Shown piece by piece: positions 22,769-24,000 of a DNA stretch of 24,000 bases; position 1 is the stretch's first letter; every line of letters starts with the position of its first letter. The stretch comes from an uncultured Eggerthellaceae bacterium (GTDB lineage: Bacteria; Actinomycetota; Coriobacteriia; Coriobacteriales; Eggerthellaceae): positions 52,187 to 76,186 of the forward strand of contig CANOIM010000010.1 in the NCBI GenBank assembly GCA_947566075.1. Reading direction: 5' to 3'. The translations under genes were made by a program, and so were the position numbers. Below the pieces are notes generated by a model. The model searched no databases. It worked only from the letters and a program-made list of their open reading frames with translations, and was not told the origin of the DNA.

Positions 22769-22882
22769 GGTCCCTCCTCGGGTCATAGGCAAGCGAACGC
22801 TGCACTCTGTGGTCAGAGGCGTGGGGACTATGATACAGTTTCTTGCAACCTTGCACCCAGCAAGAGAGGAGCAGGTCCACCT

Positions 22883-23314
22883 ATGGGATCTTCCAATGCC
22901 TACGCCACTCCTTTAGGACCCATGCTCATCCAGGAAGACGAAGGGCGCATCTGCCTAGTCTCATTCTCTCCCACTCCTAAGGAAGATAGCAAGCACCCCA
23001 GCACCCTCACCAATGCCTGCGCGAATCAGCTGCTGGAATACCTAGCAGGCAAGCGACGGGTATTCGATGTGCCCCTTGACCTGAAGGGAACGGAGTTCGA
23101 ACAGGCGGTCTGGGAGGCGGTGCAGGCCATCCCCTACGGCCAGACGCGCACCTGCTCAGACATCGCGCGGGCCATAGGGCAACCCACCGCCCATCGCCAA
23201 GTGGGCCGGGCTGCTGCTGATTGTCCCTTGACGCCCCTGGTGCCTGCCCACCGCATCAAGACCCTGGATGACGCCCTCTCCGTCCGCTTCCGGCAGATAG
23301 AAGCTGCTTCCTAG
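22883..23314 (+). CDS. Methylated-DNA-protein-cysteine methyltransferase (Ogt/MGMT)-like protein lacking the acceptor cysteine (ATL-like or decayed)
   Basis: The ORF-track ORF is trimmed to ATG 22883 (GAGAGGAG upstream), giving 143 aa. The DNA-binding-domain pattern FEQAVWEAVQAIPYGQTRT.SDIARAIGQPTAHRQVGRA...PLVPAHRI aligns with the MGMT consensus, but PCHR is PAHR (GCC at 23246-23248). Confidence 0.75.
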   Translation: MGSSNAYATPLGPMLIQEDEGRICLVSFSPTPKEDSKHPSTLTNACANQLLEYLAGKRRVFDVPLDLKGTEFEQAVWEAVQAIPYGQTRTCSDIARAIGQPTAHRQVGRAAADCPLTPLVPAHRIKTLDDALSVRFRQIEAAS

Positions 23315-23323
23315 GAGTGATGA

Positions 23324-23353
23324 TTGACAAGACCCAGTACCAAGGAAGATAAT
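23324..23353 (+). promoter_or_regulatory. mazEF promoter
   Basis: TTGACA (23324-23329), 18-nt spacer, GATAAT (23348-23353). Confidence 0.6.
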
Positions 23354-23377
23354 ATGTATATCTAAGGATATACATAT
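23352..23377. promoter_or_regulatory. Perfect inverted-repeat operator overlapping the mazEF -10
   Basis: ATATGTATATC-TAAG-GATATACATAT: 11-bp perfect arms with a 4-nt spacer, lying between the -10 and the SD (AGGAAG) of mazE. Confidence 0.55.
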
Positions 23378-23389
23378 GAAAGGAAGCCT

Positions 23390-23659
23390 ATGCAAGCGGT
23401 GATGGCGAAATGGGGCAACAGCAATGCCGTACGGATACCGGTCTCTGTCTGCGAAGAGATGGGCATAGGAGCTGGTTCTGTGGCAGACATCGTCATCGAT
23501 GCTCTTTCCCGCGAAGTCAAGCTCACATTCAAAGAAGATATGCCGAAGTATGCCCGGCACAAGAAGATGACCATGGAGGAGTTCGCCCAAGGATGGAGTG
23601 GTGAGAAAGTAGGCGAAGAGTGGGGCGGGGATGATCTGGGTCACGAGGTGGTGGAGTGA
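23390..23659 (+). CDS. mazE: MazE/AbrB-family type II antitoxin
   Basis: 89 aa. The N-terminal ...AKWGNSNAVRIPVSV... is a SpoVT/AbrB swapped-hairpin motif like E. coli MazE (KRWGNSPAVRIP). Acidic, Trp-containing C-terminus. The stop overlaps the toxin start. Confidence 0.85.
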   Translation: MQAVMAKWGNSNAVRIPVSVCEEMGIGAGSVADIVIDALSREVKLTFKEDMPKYARHKKMTMEEFAQGWSGEKVGEEWGGDDLGHEVVE

Positions 23660-24000
23660 TGCTCTTCGAACAAGGAGATATCATCACGATGGATTTCGAC
23701 CCTACCGTTGGTCATGAACCAAGGAAGCTGCGCCCTGCCCTGGTCGTGAGCGTGGGCTATCACAACAATGCCCTCTCAAGCCTCGTCACCGTGTGCCCTA
23801 TCACGTCCAAGAACAATGGCCATCCCCTTCACGTTCCCATTGCTGAGGGGAATGGCGTAGAGGGTTGCGTCTGCCTAGAGCAGATCCGAGCCGTAGACCT
23901 GGAGAACCCCCAACGCCATGCCTCCCCCACCGGCCGCAGCATGGATGTTGAGACCATGGCCTGTGTCCTTGACGGCCTCGGCGCCATGCTGGGGATATAA
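23659..24000 (+). CDS. mazF: MazF/PemK/ChpB-family endoribonuclease toxin
   Basis: MLFEQGDIITMDFDPTVGHEPRKLRPALVVS... closely parallels E. coli ChpB/MazF (ERGDIVLVGFDPASGHEQ..RPALVLS). The ATG at 23659 overlaps the mazE TGA (TGATG), and GTG 23656 is an alternative start. The TAA stop is the last 3 nt of the window. Confidence 0.85.
   Translation: MLFEQGDIITMDFDPTVGHEPRKLRPALVVSVGYHNNALSSLVTVCPITSKNNGHPLHVPIAEGNGVEGCVCLEQIRAVDLENPQRHASPTGRSMDVETMACVLDGLGAMLGI

Noticed and set aside
23156-23644. 162-aa minus-strand ORF spanning the ogt-like 3' end, the mazE promoter and mazE
   Set aside because: It runs antisense across a promoter/operator and two recognisable genes, and it has no motifs.
1-24000. 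Looked for CRISPR-like regularly spaced repeats, IS terminal inverted repeats, integrase/transposase/phage ORFs and tRNA/rRNA genes
   Set aside because: None detected by eye. A repeat finder and tRNAscan/Infernal run would be needed to exclude short or degenerate examples.

Overview
High-GC (about 60% by spot counts) Gram-positive-type chromosomal segment that is almost entirely housekeeping. I call 23 complete CDSs and one possible partial CDS.

Gene organisation:
- A long minus-strand gene train keeps a Bacillus-like order: rpmB | asp23(yloU-like) - DAK2(yloV-like) - recG - rsmD - coiled-coil protein - DUF177 - rpmF - plsX - rnc - smc - ftsY - ffh.
- A second minus-strand operon encodes rpe, a NifS-type cysteine desulfurase, a PHP/HisJ phosphatase, a NIF3-family protein and a COG1579 zinc-ribbon protein.
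- rpmF (59 aa) is real but absent from the supplied ORF track.

Accessory or unusual content sits only at the two ends:
- 995-3161: a lower-GC wedge directly downstream of ffh. It holds one orphan 368-aa protein and about 765 nt of hairpin-dense non-coding DNA, closed by a strong + strand terminator that overlaps the ffh stop codon.
- 22883-24000: an Ogt/MGMT-like protein with Ala in place of the active-site Cys, followed by a mazEF-type toxin-antitoxin pair with a perfect 11-bp inverted-repeat operator.
- The Nfo (endonuclease IV) homologue at 158-994 also has several canonical metal ligands substituted.

I saw no CRISPR array, tRNA/rRNA, transposase, integrase or phage gene. I did not find a convincing multi-gene novel system. 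The best leads are the non-coding structured tract plus orphan gene next to ffh, and the two DNA-repair pseudo-enzyme-like homologues.

A taxon guess (Coriobacteriia-like Actinomycetota or a similar high-GC Gram-positive) rests only on composition and synteny. All homology statements are by-eye motif recognition. No database search was run.
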